Shown here in pieces: positions 36,458 to 49,630 of a stretch of 56,558 nucleotides of DNA (positions are counted from its first letter, which is position 1; every line of letters starts with the position of its first letter). The DNA is from Octopus bimaculoides (taxonomy: Eukaryota): assembly GCF_001194135.2 (NCBI RefSeq), contig NC_068987.1:72063420-72119977 (forward strand). The letters are read 5' to 3'. Both the position numbers and the translations under genes were made by a program. The notes beneath the pieces were generated by a model. It was not told where the DNA came from. It made no database searches and saw only the letters and a list, made by a program, of their open reading frames with translations.

Positions 36458-36745
36458 TATTGGCTGAATCGTTAGTGTATCAGAATAGAATACTTCGCGG
36501 TGTTTGTTTAGACACTTTGTTCCTGAGTTCAAATCCCGCAAAAGTCGACTTTGCCTTTCATCCTTTGTAGAATCAGCAGAAAAATATAAAGTAAGCTTGA
36601 GAAGCTCGCTTTTGCAACCACATAGTTTCGGGTTCAGTCCTACTGCGCGGCACATTGGATAAATATACTTTCTACTATAGTCCCTAGGGCTGACCAACAC
36701 CTTCTCAGTGAATTTAGTTGTTGAGAACTCTGTGAAAGCCCGTTA
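36458..36745 (+). mobile_element. SINE B fragment (36458-36570) followed by a SINE A 5' half (36585-36745)
   Basis: ggctgaatcgttag..aagtcgactttgcctttcatccttt; gagaagctcgc..gggttcagtcctactgcgcggcac. Confidence 0.75.
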
Positions 36746-36753
36746 TATATACA

Positions 36754-37025
36754 TACTATACTAATGATTATATACATAATTATAACAAGGGATCAGAAAC
36801 AAATCTCCTCTTATGCTGAAAATAGACTCCAAATGACGCTAAAAAACTACCTCAAAAACTCCCAAAACACAGGTTGTAAGCTAGAAAAACTTTGCTCGCC
36901 TACAACCTATGTTTTGGGGAGTTTTTAAGGTGGGTTTTAGCGTCATTTGGTATCTATTTTCAGCACGTGGAGAGGCTTGTTTCCGATCCCTTGTTATAAT
37001 TATGTATATAATTATTAATATAGTA
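36754..37025. mobile_element. Foldback (MITE-like) palindromic element
   Basis: The left arm 36754-36890 is the reverse complement of the right arm 36897-37025 with scattered mismatches; the spacer is short; both ends are TA-rich. Confidence 0.85.
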
Positions 37026-37124
37026 TTTAGAAAATTTACCTACAAGGTTTTTATTTTCGTGCTGACCACCTGATAAAACCATGAATGATTTTATCCTTTA
37101 TAATATAATACATAAACACATATA

Positions 37125-38316
37125 CAGGGGTTGGACAAAATTATGGAAACACCTAGCATCATAATTTTGAAATATCTCTAAAACCGTCAAAAGTTTGTTT
37201 ATTTTTATGTTTTTTGACTTATTATTAGTGTTGTTTAATATGTTTTGCTAAAATTGCTGTTTCTTTTCACATATCAGAAAAAGGTAATTAAAATTCATTA
37301 AAATGACAGATCTATCGGACTTTTAAAGTGGTCAAATTGTTGGTGCTCGTATGGCAAGCACTAGCGTAACGAAAACAGCCGAAATATTTGGTATATCAAG
37401 AAGTACGGTCTCGAAAGTAATGACTGCCTTTGAAAAAGAGGGAAAACCCTCCAGAACAAAACCAAAACTTTCAGATAGGGACCGTCGGACTCTTACGTGA
37501 ATTGTTAGAAAGGATCACAAAAGTACAGCTCCCAAAATTAGTGCAGAGCTTAATGACCACCTCGAGAACCCAGTTTCCACAAAAACTGTTTACCGGGAGC
37601 TACACCTGCAAACAGAAAACCACTACTTTCAAAACTAAACGTTGCAAAGCGTTTAGAGTGGAGTAGAAACCTACAGAATTGGACCCTAGAGCAGTGGAAG
37701 AATGTCATTTTCTCGGATGAATCATCCTTTGCCTTATTTCCGACCACCGGCCGAGTGTACGTGTAGAGTCATCCAAAAGAAGCATTTGACCTAGACTGCC
37801 TTCTTCCAACTGTTAAATATGAAGGAGGATCTGTGATGATCTGGTGTGGGGGGCTATATCCTGGAAATCCGCCGGCCCAATGGCTTCCCTTCATGGCAGA
37901 ATTAATAGTCAAGACTATTTAAGCATTTTATCTGATCAAGTTCATCCTATGGTTGAGGAACTGTTTCCGGAGGGAAACGCAATCTTTCAGGATGATAATG
38001 CACCAATTCACACAGCTCAGGTTGTTACTGAATGGCACGACGAACATTCTAGTAAAGTTGAACATCTTATCTAGCCACCACAGTTCCAAGATTGTTGAAC
38101 ATTTACGGTGCGTTTTTGAAAAACAAGTAAGGAGTCGATATCTTCCACCATCATCACTACAAGAACTGGAGACTATTTTAACTGAAGAATGAACAAAAAT
38201 TCCTTTGGAAACAATTCAAACTTTGTACGAGTCCATACATCGTAGAATTCAAGCTGTAATTACTGCCAAAGACGGTCCTACCCCATTTCAAAATTAATTT
38301 TCTTGAAATTTTAAGG
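37125..38316 (+). mobile_element. Tc1-like (DD34E-type) DNA transposon with pseudogenised transposase
   Basis: TA followed by the TIR caggggttggacaaaattatggaaacacc; ATG at 37303 MTDLSDF*SGQIVGAR..; VIFSDESSF; IFQDDNAPIHTA; the PDLN motif is deleted. The right TIR runs into a gap of about the expected length. Confidence 0.95.
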
Positions 38317-38364
38317 NNNNNNNNNNNNNNNNNNNNNNNNNATATGTATATATATATATATATA

Positions 38365-39430
38365 TCTCATTACATCACTGTGTTGACCAGACTGTTGGAT
38401 GGTGTTACACACTGTTGGCCAATCTTTCTTGGTTGCACTCTTCTATTCCTTCTTGGTCCAAATTGCTTCGCTAAATCGTCTTTCTATCGTTGTAGAGGCC
38501 TTCCAGGTAATTTCTTCTTATGTCTTGGATACCACTCAGCAACTGCAGGGATCCACATTTATTCTGCTCTGCGGAACTTGTGCTTTCAGTATTCTGTGGC
38601 CACATCATTCATTCCTCTCCGTTCTCGAATAATCTCATTTCGAATATGCTTTCATAATGATACTCCTAGCATGTATCTTTCTATGGCCGTTGTAGCCAAT
38701 CGACGTTCTTCTCTCTTTGTGGTATCGCGCGTTTCACTTGCGAATAACATCGCAAGTAAGACAGTGCCATTGAAGAGACTGGTATGTAGAGCCTTGTCCA
38801 GCTTTGCTTTGAGCATATCAGTTATTAAGCTAAACACTTTCCGTCCTACCCTTTACTCACCTTGAGATTTCAACATCCATGTTTCGGTACATATTCGCTG
38901 TATTCCCCTTTACTTCCTCGGTTTCATTACTTACTGCCTCTACTCGGCTTCGTGCTACGTTTTCAGATCGCATTTATTTTGTTTACATGTGATTTATTTT
39001 AATGGCTACAGCTGAGCTATAGGTATTCAGCTTTGTCAGCATAGTCTGCAACCGATTTGTGGTTTCGGCTATGAGTATTATGTCAGCTTCGAATTGAAGG
39101 TGTGTTAGTGACTCGCCGTTCATGTTCACGTCTTGTCAATGTCTCAAATGGCCATTTCGAGACATTCAGAGAAGAGCATGGTAGAGATAATATCTTTTTG
39201 TTTGACGCCTTTCTCAATAGGAACTTTTACTGGTGGCAACAGCAGAGCTATATCAATGGTGCACCAAGAGTTCGTAGCCCTGAGCAATTTGGTGTATTGC
39301 ACTTCAACTCTTTGCATTTCCAAAGATTTCGGCATTGCGTACTTTTCGATGATGTCGAAGGCCTTTCCGTAGTCGACAAAAGTGATGCACAACGATAGCT
39401 TTCTCTCATTCTAAATATATGACGCGACGC
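38365..39430 (-). mobile_element. RTE-clade LINE (RTE-1-like), decayed RT and C-terminus
   Basis: FVDYGKAFD..IEKGVKQKDIIS.MLFSECLE; LFNGTVLLAMLFASET..TTAIERYMLG; AVAEWYPRHKKKLPGRPLQR. Confidence 0.88.
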
Positions 39431-40304
39431 AACAAAGCAGGAGTCCAACTGAAGAGAAGCAGAAAAGTCGTCCCAGAGTCGAGAATGGTAAAGAAATGTT
39501 GTCGATGGCCTTTGTCTCCATAGGGAGAGATGTGCTTAAATAAATAAGTAAGTAAGCACCTTTGGAGATGCCATCCACAACCAGCTTGTCCTTTTTTTTT
39601 TTCATACTGAGTCTAGGATTACATTATATTGTATATTTAGTATGACGATTTCTTGGACTTCGTTTATTTTGATACACTCGCGTTTTGTATTTGCTTTGCC
39701 CTCGTAGGAAATAAAACATTTATTATTGTTATTGTCGTTGTTGTTTGCCATGAGCAGACGACGACTGTAACGGATTTTGGAATTATAGTATTTTTACAAC
39801 GTTCATTTGAAGGAAAAGGAGTTTTATTTTATTTTATTTTATTTTTATGTTTCCATTTTACCAACAAAGAGCTTTAGAACATTTGAGCGTCCATTCCATT
39901 ACTCTGGGGGAGAAAAAATAGAAGATTTGTCGTTATTTATTTATTATATTGTTGCAAACATCTATTGTGTTTGTTTACTAATGATTTAATATTGCATCAT
40001 CTGGGAGAGCGAGAAGATTTGATGGCAACGAATACACTTCCAAAAACAAATTTGAACATTTTGAAACAAAGAAAACGAAACAAAATCAATGATAAACAGA
40101 GAAAAGTGCGATTTGAACAAACAGGCACTGTTGTAAACACATTCACACTTTGACAAATATAAATAGCAAAGCACAAACTTCAATAACAAAGCTATAAAAA
40201 CGACAGCCATTCAATTTTTGTTTGCGACACGAACCAGAAGCCACTAGACATGGGTCGGTTACAGGAAAAGCAAAAAATGATGCCAGAAGAACGTCACAAA
40301 AAAC

Positions 40305-41215
40305 AGTGTCTTCTTTATTTCATATCATATAGATTTGCCATACAAGCATTACAGAGAGGGGACAAACAAGGACAGACAAACATAAAGTGTGAAGAAGCAG
40401 TTACGTTTTAAAAATGTCAAATCAATCGGATGAAAAAATGAATCGATGAAATATGCAATAAAAATTTTCAATTTTGAATAAGTCATTGCGTTCCGCAATG
40501 AGGAGCGTTGAAAGAAAAGCACCCGGCCATTTGGGTAGAACCTTTACTTTTTAACCCGACCTCACTTACCTGATGCCACTCGCACCCAGCTTGCTCACCA
40601 CAAGTTTCCATTTTTTCACAAACATATCCCGTGACAGGCACTTTCTCTCCAGCCTGATCTTACTACTGAGGTGGTAACTAAAAAAAGTTAACCAGCCCCT
40701 GGCCAGAGACAAAGGTACCTGTCACTATACCTTTCACACGCGTCTTCCATATTGTTTCTTTCAGTATGGCTACTACGCAGAGAAAACAAGCCTTCCTTTC
40801 CCTGTTAAGGAAAGGAGGTGGCACAATCTCGATGATAGACTCAGCTGATAGCTGTACTCTTCCCATCACTGACAAAGTTGTTCGACAAAAGCTATCAGTC
40901 CCGATAACTCCGGACACTCCACGAACGCGTGCAAGACGGTTTTCCTATCTTGCCCACATCTCGGGCATGTCGGTGAGACGGCACTTCCGTGCCTTGACAG
41001 CCTGTCACGAACAGGTAACGCCGCACGGAAGCACTGCCAAGCCAGGGATTTCTGGTAATTATCCAGATACCCCGGCCCGAACGTTCTCCTGAACAGGTTG
41101 ACCAACTGATTTTCATTGTAGCCAAGGGTCTCCCCCAAGGCGTTTTCTAACATAGATTCCACTAACCCGCTATAGAAATCCGAAAGCAGTGTCTTCTTGC
41201 CTAACGAATTTCTCA
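40305..41215 (-). mobile_element. Tx1/L1-clade LINE 3' end with probable 3'UTR
   Basis: LAWQCFRAALPVRDRL....CPRCGQDRKTVLHAFVEC (CCHC), LCVVAILKETIWKTR, stop at 40566-40568; AATAAA on the minus strand at 40319-40314. Confidence 0.88.
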
Positions 41216-41419
41216 AGGAAAAAACGAGGAGAAAAGTAACAAACCTGTGTTTATTTTTTGCTTGTTTAAAAAAGCACAGTTTCTATATTCCCTCGAAAAT
41301 GGATTCAGAGAAAATTTGGGCCATTTTGTGGAAAGCCATGTGTGGACCTGAAGATTGGAGGTGCATACTGAGAATACATGCATTCATTTTTGTCTTTTTC
41401 GCTACTGGCACCTACCATT

Positions 41420-42010
41420 TAACAAACTTACTAAGATAAAGTACCGCCCTCTCTGTTCTCACCTCCCTCTCCAAGTAACCTTGGAAAATGTGTCTTCAAA
41501 CATTTCGGTTTTGTTCATTGCAAAACATCGTTGGCTATAGCTACGACACATAGGATAACTGCCTTCTTTTTCCGTGCAATTAAATGAAAAGCTACGAGAT
41601 CTACATGATGAAGCCAGGTGATAGCCAAATTCGTCCCTTATCCAAGAACAGACGTTCAACAATTCTCCACAGATCAGTAATGTTCGGATACTGAACAAAT
41701 GCATGTAGAACAGTTTCATTGTTCTGTACGTATTCCAGACAGGCTGGTCTGACGGTATTTTTGTGCCTGTAGAGTTTATCTCGAACTGGTATTATCTCTA
41801 CCTCAGTAGCGCTGTTGAGAAATGGATTTCTGGAAATCATCTACAGATCCCACGTGGAGCAGACCAGTTACTTCATTCTCGTCGACACTTAGTCCCCTAT
41901 AGCTTTCTAGCGTGGATTTTTCCCCAACAGACATTATCCGGCTGGTAGGGAGTGGTGAAAACATACTGTAAGAGTTGACCTTCATGATCAAAGTAATCCT
42001 ACATTCGAGG
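41420..42010 (-). mobile_element. Second, more diverged Tx1/L1-clade 3' fragment in tandem
   Basis: KSTLESYRGL..DDFQKS..IPVRDKLY..NETVLHAFVQYP..AVILCVVAIA. Confidence 0.8.
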
Positions 42011-42204
42011 AGTTCCTTGATTGGCCCTAAATTAAGACCCTCCTGTCTCAAAAAGACAGTAAAATCACTTATTTGTATACTATGTGTACTTTTATTATTC
42101 GTTTGTTTTTTTCCTTTATCTCGTACGATTTCTGTGTAATGTGTCCTTTTTCCAAAGCCTTTGAGGTTAATGAAAAAAAGAATCATTAATATTGTTGATT
42201 GTCA

Positions 42205-42829
42205 GAATCGTTTGAATGTCAGAATCGTTTGATTGTCAGAATCGTTTGATTGTCAGACAAAATACTATGAGATACTTCTTCTGATTTTTATGTTCTGAGT
42301 TCATATCCAGCCGAGGTCTGATGTAATCGACTAACCACTAACCCGCTCCCTATAAAACTGCTGTCCTTGTGCCAAAATTTGAAACCATTTATGAAGACGG
42401 CGAGCTGGCAGAATCGTACACAATGCTTGGACACAATGCTTAGCGGTATTTCTCCTTATTCTTTATATACTAACCTCAATTAACACCGAAGTCAACTTTA
42501 CCTTAGTTCCTCTTGGGATCGATAAAATAAGCACCAATAGATTACTGGTGTCGATGGTATTGGCTAATTCTCTCTCTATCAAAATTGCAAGCCTTGTGCC
42601 AAAAATTTCAAAGAATTATTTTAGAAGGTGTCTACATGGCAGAATCGTTAGCACGCCGGACAAAATGCTAAGTGCTATTTCTTCCGCTTTTACGCTTTGA
42701 GTTCAAATTCTGCCGAGGTTCCCTTAGCTTTTCATCCTTACTGAGTCGATAAAATAAGTATTAGTTGAGCACTGCAGGAGTCGATGTAATCGACTAGACT
42801 TCTCCCTCCAAATTTCCGGTCCTGTACCT

Positions 42830-42835
<6 letters not shown>
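42205..42835 (+). mobile_element. Three head-to-tail SINE family B copies
   Basis: Heads at about 42205 (head segment amplified as a 17-bp repeat x3.5), 42395 and 42625. Confidence 0.82.
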
Positions 42836-42863
<28 letters not shown>

Positions 42864-43039
42864 CGGCGGTCTTTTTGCGTGCTTTTCCTTCATAAACCAG
42901 TGTTCTGTGTTTCTTGGGAACGTGTAGTGTTTTGTTTCGGTTTTACGTTTGCTATAGTTTTGAAAGTATTCTAATATTATATTCAGTGTCTTGTACAGTA
43001 GAGTTATTTTTTTATATTTTGTATATACGTGTAAGTCTA

Positions 43040-43480
43040 TGAGTTTAGGTTAGCCATTATCTATCTTCGTCTTTTTTTTTATCATTCTCAAGGCGCCTAT
43101 TATTACATTTTATCATTTTTTTTTTCTATTTTTCAGCATTTGCTTTCTGATTTTGCTTTCAAAGTTCTATTATCGGTTGTTGGAATTGATAGTTCGATTA
43201 GGAGAGATTTCTTGACGTGGTCGTCAACGGTAATATTTTAACGAGTTGCCTTTAGTTACCCTGTGTGTATGAACTGGCATATCTCGGAACAAATTTACTT
43301 AATTATTCCAATGAAACCTTTTGTATTTGTGTTTATTTATATCCCCTCTTATTCTCTGTGTATTTTATATTGCTGACATAGTTTCCAGCTTTCTCATATC
43401 TCTTTACATAACTTCTTCTGATTGTTAGTTTTCTATTTGCAGAAGAGCCCTATCTTTCTGTGTTCGTAATAAACATAAAC
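43040..43480 (-). mobile_element. Old Dong-type RLE fragment
   Basis: DMPVHTHRVTKGN..DHVKKSLLIELSIPTTDN..IIGALRMIKK, similar to the element at 8627-9700. Confidence 0.6.
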
Positions 43481-43711
43481 TTTCTGGAGACTTTTAAATG
43501 TAAATCTTATTTTTCTTGTTTCAAAAATTACGTCTCGGTACCAATTAGCTTATTTTAGTCGTTTAACATACTTTTTAAATATTAATCTACAAACCATGAT
43601 AATCCTTCATGTCATTTCTTTTCATTTAAGTGCACTGTACTCTGTCTTGTTCCTTTATTCATAAGTATGTGTCACATGGTATTTGATCACATCATCATCA
43701 TCATTATTATT

Positions 43712-44300
43712 AGGGCGGCGACCTAGTGCAATCGTTTCTACGTCGCACACAATGCTTAACGGCAATTCTTTCAGCTTTTTTTTTTTTTTGCGTTCTGAGT
43801 TCTAATTCAACTTTTCTTTTCATCTTTTTGGAGTCGATACAAGTACCGGTCAAGTACAAGGAACAATGTAATCAACTAACCTCTCAAGGCGGCGAGCTAG
43901 CAGAATCGTTAGCACACCGAGTAAAACGCTTAGTTCAAATTCCGCCGAGGTCGAGTTTGCTTTTCATTCTTTCGGAGTCAATGAAATAAGTACCAGTTGA
44001 ACACTGGGATCGATGTAATCGACTCATCCCCTCCCCCAAAATTGCTGCCCTTGTGGCAAAAATTTGAAGCTGTTATTGTTGCCATTAAGACGGCGAACTG
44101 GCAGAGTCGTTGCCGCAACGGGCAAAGTGCTTAACGGTATTTCGTCCGTCTTTATGTTACGAGTTCAAATTCCGCCACGGTCAGCTTTGCCTTTTATCCT
44201 TTTGGGGTCGATAAAATAAATACCAGTTGAGCACAAAGATCAATGTAATCGACTTACTTCTTCCTCCGAACTTGCTGGCCTTGTGCCAAAATTATTATTT

Positions 44301-44335
<35 letters not shown>

Positions 44336-44525
44336 AGGCGGCAAATTGACAGAACCGTTTGAACACCGGATAAAATGCTTAGCGGCATTTCATCCGTCTT
44401 TACGTTCTGAGTTCAAGTTCCGCCGAGGTCAACTTTTCCTACCATCCTTTTAGGGTCGATAATCGACTAGCCCCCTCCCCTCAAATTTCAGGCTTTCTGC
44501 CTATAGTAGAAAGGATTATTATTAT
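43712..44525 (+). mobile_element. Four head-to-tail SINE family B copies
   Basis: Heads (a)ggcggcga / gacggcga at about 43712, 43886, 44087 and 44335. Confidence 0.88.
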
Positions 44526-45744
44526 TGGTGGTGGTGCCAGAAACACGTTGTTCGTAAGTTCTGTTTTATTTTAACTGTATTTGAAAAACCTGGTTTAATA
44601 TTTTTTGCCCTGTGTGTACGTAAATTGCAAAACATTCTGAGAAGCTGCTCAGTTTCCCTACATTTTCGTCCTTCGGGACGGAATTTGTAATTAATATTCG
44701 TGAAATTTGCTCACTTCTTTAAAAAAAAAAAATAATAATAGTAATAACAATGCGTTGAATTATTCGACAAAAAGTCGAGGAAATGACATTAGAGATCGGA
44801 AAAGCTGTATTGACCTTGACTACTTTATGTTAAAACAAATTACCACCATCATCACCACCACCACAACAGCCACCTTTAGTACTGGCCGAAACAACAACAA
44901 CAACAACAACAAGGAAAATGAAAACGACAATAACAATCAAAAACAGCAATTGTAGCAGCGACAGGAACAATGACATGTCAAACAAAGAAACGCGCAGGAG
45001 AGAAGAGTCCATTGTTACCGTCACCATCACCATAACAACAAACTGTAGCAGCAGAGACAATGCCACTACTACCACTCACCCAACCCCAATGAAAAGCAAA
45101 ATGGCAGCAACGACGACGAAAGCAATAACACAAGCAGAATACAAACCAATAACACCACCATCAGCACCAACTAAGGTCTCCTTCACTAGAGTGACCCCCC
45201 CCACACACACACACACACACACCTCAAGAGAGTTTATTCAGTCTCTCCTTAGAAGAGAAGCTGATAAAATTATGGGACACCATTCGATTTACAAAAATTA
45301 GGGGAAGAAGTGCAAAGCGTCTGAGATTCTAACTGCAACTTCTAGAACTGTTCAATATCGCTGCGTGAGTTTAACGACTCGTCACCTGGAAACGGCCATG
45401 AACGCCCAAGTAGAAAGAGTTTTCTACGATGTATCGCAGGACATCCAGAATGTATCTAAAGCAAAGTAGTTTGGCGGGTCAATATAATATTTAAGGTTGA
45501 GGCCCACATAGTACATTCAGTGGTCTCCCACTGCAGCGAGGGCTTCGCTCTCCTACCCCACTTATTTCGGAAGAAGGGCAATAGAGGTAACAATACCGCA
45601 GATTCCACCAGAGCTATATCTCCGGTGGATATAAGTATGCATAGTGTAGGAGGAAAGCTAATCTCTATTGGATGTGAAGAGAACGAGACAAGGGAAGTGG
45701 TTTCGGATCACACTGAAAATCTTTCTCCATATAAAAGCTGAACT

Positions 45745-45905
45745 TGGCGGCATTTCGTCCGTCTTTACATTCTGAGTTCAAATTCCACTAAGGTCGATTT
45801 TGCCTTTCATCCTTTCGGGGTCGATAAATTAAGTACCAAGGAAACACTGGGGTCGATATAATCGACTAGTACCATCCCTTGTGCCTTCAATAGAAAGGAT
45901 TATTA
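45745..45905 (+). mobile_element. SINE family B, 5'-truncated
   Basis: ggcggcatttcgtccgtctttacattctgagttcaaattcc..tagaaaggattatt. Confidence 0.85.
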
Positions 45906-46159
45906 TTATTATTGTTGTTGTTTTACTTCTCAGAGCGCTCGGTCTTGTTTGTTCAGGTAGATTCTGTGAGAGCGAACAGCAGCCTGCTGTCAGGATCTCA
46001 CAGGGTCTCTTTCCGCACATTATAATCCTTGATATTTGGTTGTTAATTATCGTGGGAGACATTCAACATCCAATTACCAATCGCAAAATCCTAGCTGTCT
46101 CCAGCAGAGTAGTTTTTTGGCTTGATCCGCTCTCATCTTAACTCCGATTTCGCTGACAT

Positions 46160-46450
46160 ATTACTCGAACTTGTTTGTTAGTGCTCCGAGTGCCCCTACA
46201 ACTACTGGAATGACAGGCACTCTCCTCATAGTCCACATTCTTGCAATTTCGTTTTTTAGTAGTCTGTATTTTTTAATCTTTTCTAGTTCGTTGTAACTTA
46301 TGTGTGCATCCTCAGGTATCGTAATATCTATAATCTTGATTTCCTTTTTTCCTTTATCTACCACAACAATAACTGGTCTTTGAGCATCGATTAGGGAGTC
46401 ACATTGGATTGTAAACTCGCACAGTATCTTATATTCCTTGCTCTCGGAGA
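46160..46450 (-). mobile_element. Dong-type RLE endonuclease fragment
   Basis: KILCEFTIQCDSLIDAQRPVIVVVDK..IIDITIPED..ELEKIKKY..EIARMW..IPVVVGALG. Confidence 0.85.
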
Positions 46451-46861
46451 GAGGAAGGTAAGAGTTGAAAGAAGTGTGCTTCCCACCTACACCCAGTAAA
46501 TATCTGGGGCGGTGTTGAATGTGACGAAGATGGCCCAAGTGAGTGGGCCTGCCCTAAGCTGTGGCCTGTTGGTTGAGAAGCAAGGAGAGATAACCCCTTA
46601 CTGCGATACTCCTAGTGCGTAGGATGACTCAGAATCTGTGGGATTATTTGGTTACCCCTGGGTTGCATTTTACCCGTATTGGGAAATTTATTTGTTAAAT
46701 TTGTTAATTGTTATTTTCAGTGTTTACGTGTTTTCTATGTAAATCCCCACTGTCCTTTGTGCATTATCCTAAAATTTTTTTTCGGCCCTTATGGCCAATA
46801 AAGAAGGAATTATTATCATCATCATCATCATGTTCATCTAATATTATGAACATAATAAGGA

Positions 46862-47085
46862 TGTTCCTATTAGTTTCAAATTTTCGACACGAGACCAGCA
46901 ATTTCTGAGGAGGGGTGAAATCGAGTATATCGACCCCATGCTCAACTAGTACTTATTTTATCGACCCCGAAAGGATGAAAGACAAATCAACCTCGGCGGA
47001 ATTTGAACTCAGGACGTAAAAACGGACGAAATGCCGCTAAGTATTTTGCCCTACGCGCCAACGATTCTGCTACCTTGCTGCCTTA
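46862..47085 (-). mobile_element. SINE family B, full length
   Basis: Reverse complement of the consensus from head to tail. Confidence 0.88.
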
Positions 47086-48239
47086 TATAAGGATGTTCAT
47101 ATTGCTTGCAGCCAAATGATATTTAGTGATCTGAATAAAAGAATGGCAATTATCCCACAAACACGAATAGTGAAATAACACTATTTATAAATCAGATGGT
47201 TGTTTAATTTTAACAAGACGAAATTTTTAAAACTTACTAGTGAGGAAACTGGCTTTTCTGACGTAAAGAACGTTCAATTATGCTAAGCAATTCAGTTGGA
47301 TGGACTAAGGAATAAGTAATTTTTAAACCTCGTTTTCATTCTCTCTGTTAAATATTTATTGTAATGGAAAATCTCTTGGGTGTTTTTTTGGTATTTCGCA
47401 GACAGAAGGGAAATAATCTGGTAAGTCAATGTTTGTTCCGCTTTGAACAACTAAATTAATTATTCAGAATATTTGGAAATTTAGAATGTTTGGAAACCAA
47501 TATTTTACACTACCAACATTTCTAGACGTACCCATATTCTGAAGTAGTTTCCAACAATTTTTGTGAAGTACTGATAAACAATGGAAGAATGTGATTAGCA
47601 ATACAAGAATATTCGTAGAATTTAAATTAGTCTTGGTAATGAAAAGAAATTGCAGAGCAATAGAAGGCTGTAAGTCTAGGAAGAATATGAAAATTTTCAA
47701 TACATATATAAAGTTCAATATACATCTCATTTTACAGAGCTCAGTTTGATTGAAGATTAAGACTGGCTCCAAACAGGTGCTGATAATTAGTTTTCGTAAT
47801 TCTTATGTTCACAAGAATTTTGTTGTATTCAGAATTATTTCCATAAGTGCCATATTTTAAAGAAAAATTAACGTTTAAATTGCATTTTTGTTTATTTGTT
47901 TAATAGTTATACAGATTTGGTTCGTTTTTTAATCTATATTTAGTTTAGAACATTTTCAGTGTGGGTATGTACACACCAACAAGACTGTTTACCGCCACTA
48001 TGACTACTGTCTCCTCGCTCTTCAACGGAGGTGGCCATTTTGAAATACAATTCTTTGATTCTGATTTCTGTTCTTCCAGTTATTTTTCAAAATTATTATA
48101 TTGCACTCAAACTGGAATACAGGAAAGCTGTATTTGTGAAACTTGGCGATGTCAAGGTCACGACGTTATACATTGAAAATCAAAGTGGTCGGCACCGTTC
48201 TGGAGAACTTGATTTCTTCAATGTGCGACTGTGGAAATG

Positions 48240-49260
48240 AAATAACTGCATTGGGTGACCCAGATCGTGTCTAGATAAGGTATTTATTAGATCACTAGAC
48301 AGGTATAGTGTAGAATGTCCACGATTTCAACTGTCCGTTACACAGACCACATATTTATGATCTACACGGTCGACGTAGATAAACCTGACTACTGGAAAGT
48401 GACCATGTCGATCCATGCACGTAAAGCCTACGGAGGCCAGATTAGCATTTTAGTTAACCGGCAGAACAATTGTCAACAGTCGGTGGATAAGGATGCTCTG
48501 AAGAGAACAATTAGATAGAATCGGTAAATTTAGTAAATCTGTAGAGGTAGAAAAAATAGGTGAGTTAATGAGTAAATTTGGTAAAGTGATTAGGAAAGGC
48601 ACCGCATTCGACGTGTTAGCGGAGAGAATGGCCCACGACCATGCCTTCAATTGAAGGTTGCGTTGTCAGAGCTGAGATTGGTACTCTTTGAGACAAAGAA
48701 CAAAAGCCGTTCAATGGGACCAGGTGGCAGAAGTGCAACATGGAAACAAAACCACAATTCAGTTTTTGATGGATTAGGAGGTACGCTGCTACTCGATTCT
48801 ACGGAGATATGAGCTGTTTTCCAGTGGTATTATGCTCAACTATTCGGGGTGAATGATGGAATAGACGAGGTGGAGTTTAAAGCCGTTTACGGCGGCTTGC
48901 CATGACTCTCGGCTACGTGTTACGAAAAGTTGATAATACGAGATACGATAAGCAGTTGTACGAAGCACAAATTATCTGGTTGGATGGTCTTCCCTGCGAG
49001 CTTTACACATACATGCTGCGCTTGTTCGCCAATCCTTTGCAAACATCTACTGCAACTGGCAACAGAATGGAAGAATTCAAGTTCTATAAACCTAGGATGG
49101 TAGAATGCCGAGGAAGGATGTGAACAACGGGTTACGTAATATATAATTTCCAGCCCGTAACTCTGCTAAATGGGGAGTATAAGACTTTGGCCAAGATGCT
49201 AGCAAAGAGATATATGCTGCTCTTCAAAAGCGTGGTCGACAAGTTCTATCGACGACAACC
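48240..49260 (+). mobile_element. Tx1/L1-clade ORF2 fragment (APE C-terminus to RT start), decayed
   Basis: YTDHIF..PDYWKVTMS (SDH..W.lN motif), WLDGLPCELY, FQPVTLLNGEYKTLAKMLAKR. Confidence 0.75.
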
Positions 49261-49570
49261 CCAACCTCAAATGATACATCACAGAGAGGGTAAGTTGTAA
49301 ACTTGGCTTCAGTGAGACTCTGATCAACTGGGGACAATCAGTTATCCGATCAACTGGGGACAATCAGTTATCCCTCCAATTGGGAATTATGTTTGTTGGA
49401 ATTGTGGTGTTATTTGTTGCTTCTATTATTGTCTTTTGTTTACATAGCTAATGTGACCCTACTCTACGTATTTTTGTCATTCAGTTGTTGACTTTTTTAT
49501 TTGTTTGTTTTTGTTTATTCCTTTGAATTCTAGTTGAGAATAAAGAAACAAAGAAAGAAACAAAGAGAAA

Positions 49571-49628
49571 AGAAGAAGAAGAAGAAGAAGAAGAAGAAGA
49601 AGAAGAAGAAGAAGAAGAAGAAGAAGAA
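49571..49628. repeat. (GAA)n microsatellite
   Basis: Direct reading. Confidence 0.97.
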
Positions 49629-49630
49629 AA

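Noticed and set aside
45250-45740. Unique, balanced-GC segment with splice-like sites
   Set aside because: No open frame between the acceptor and donor and no recognisable motif; left unannotated.
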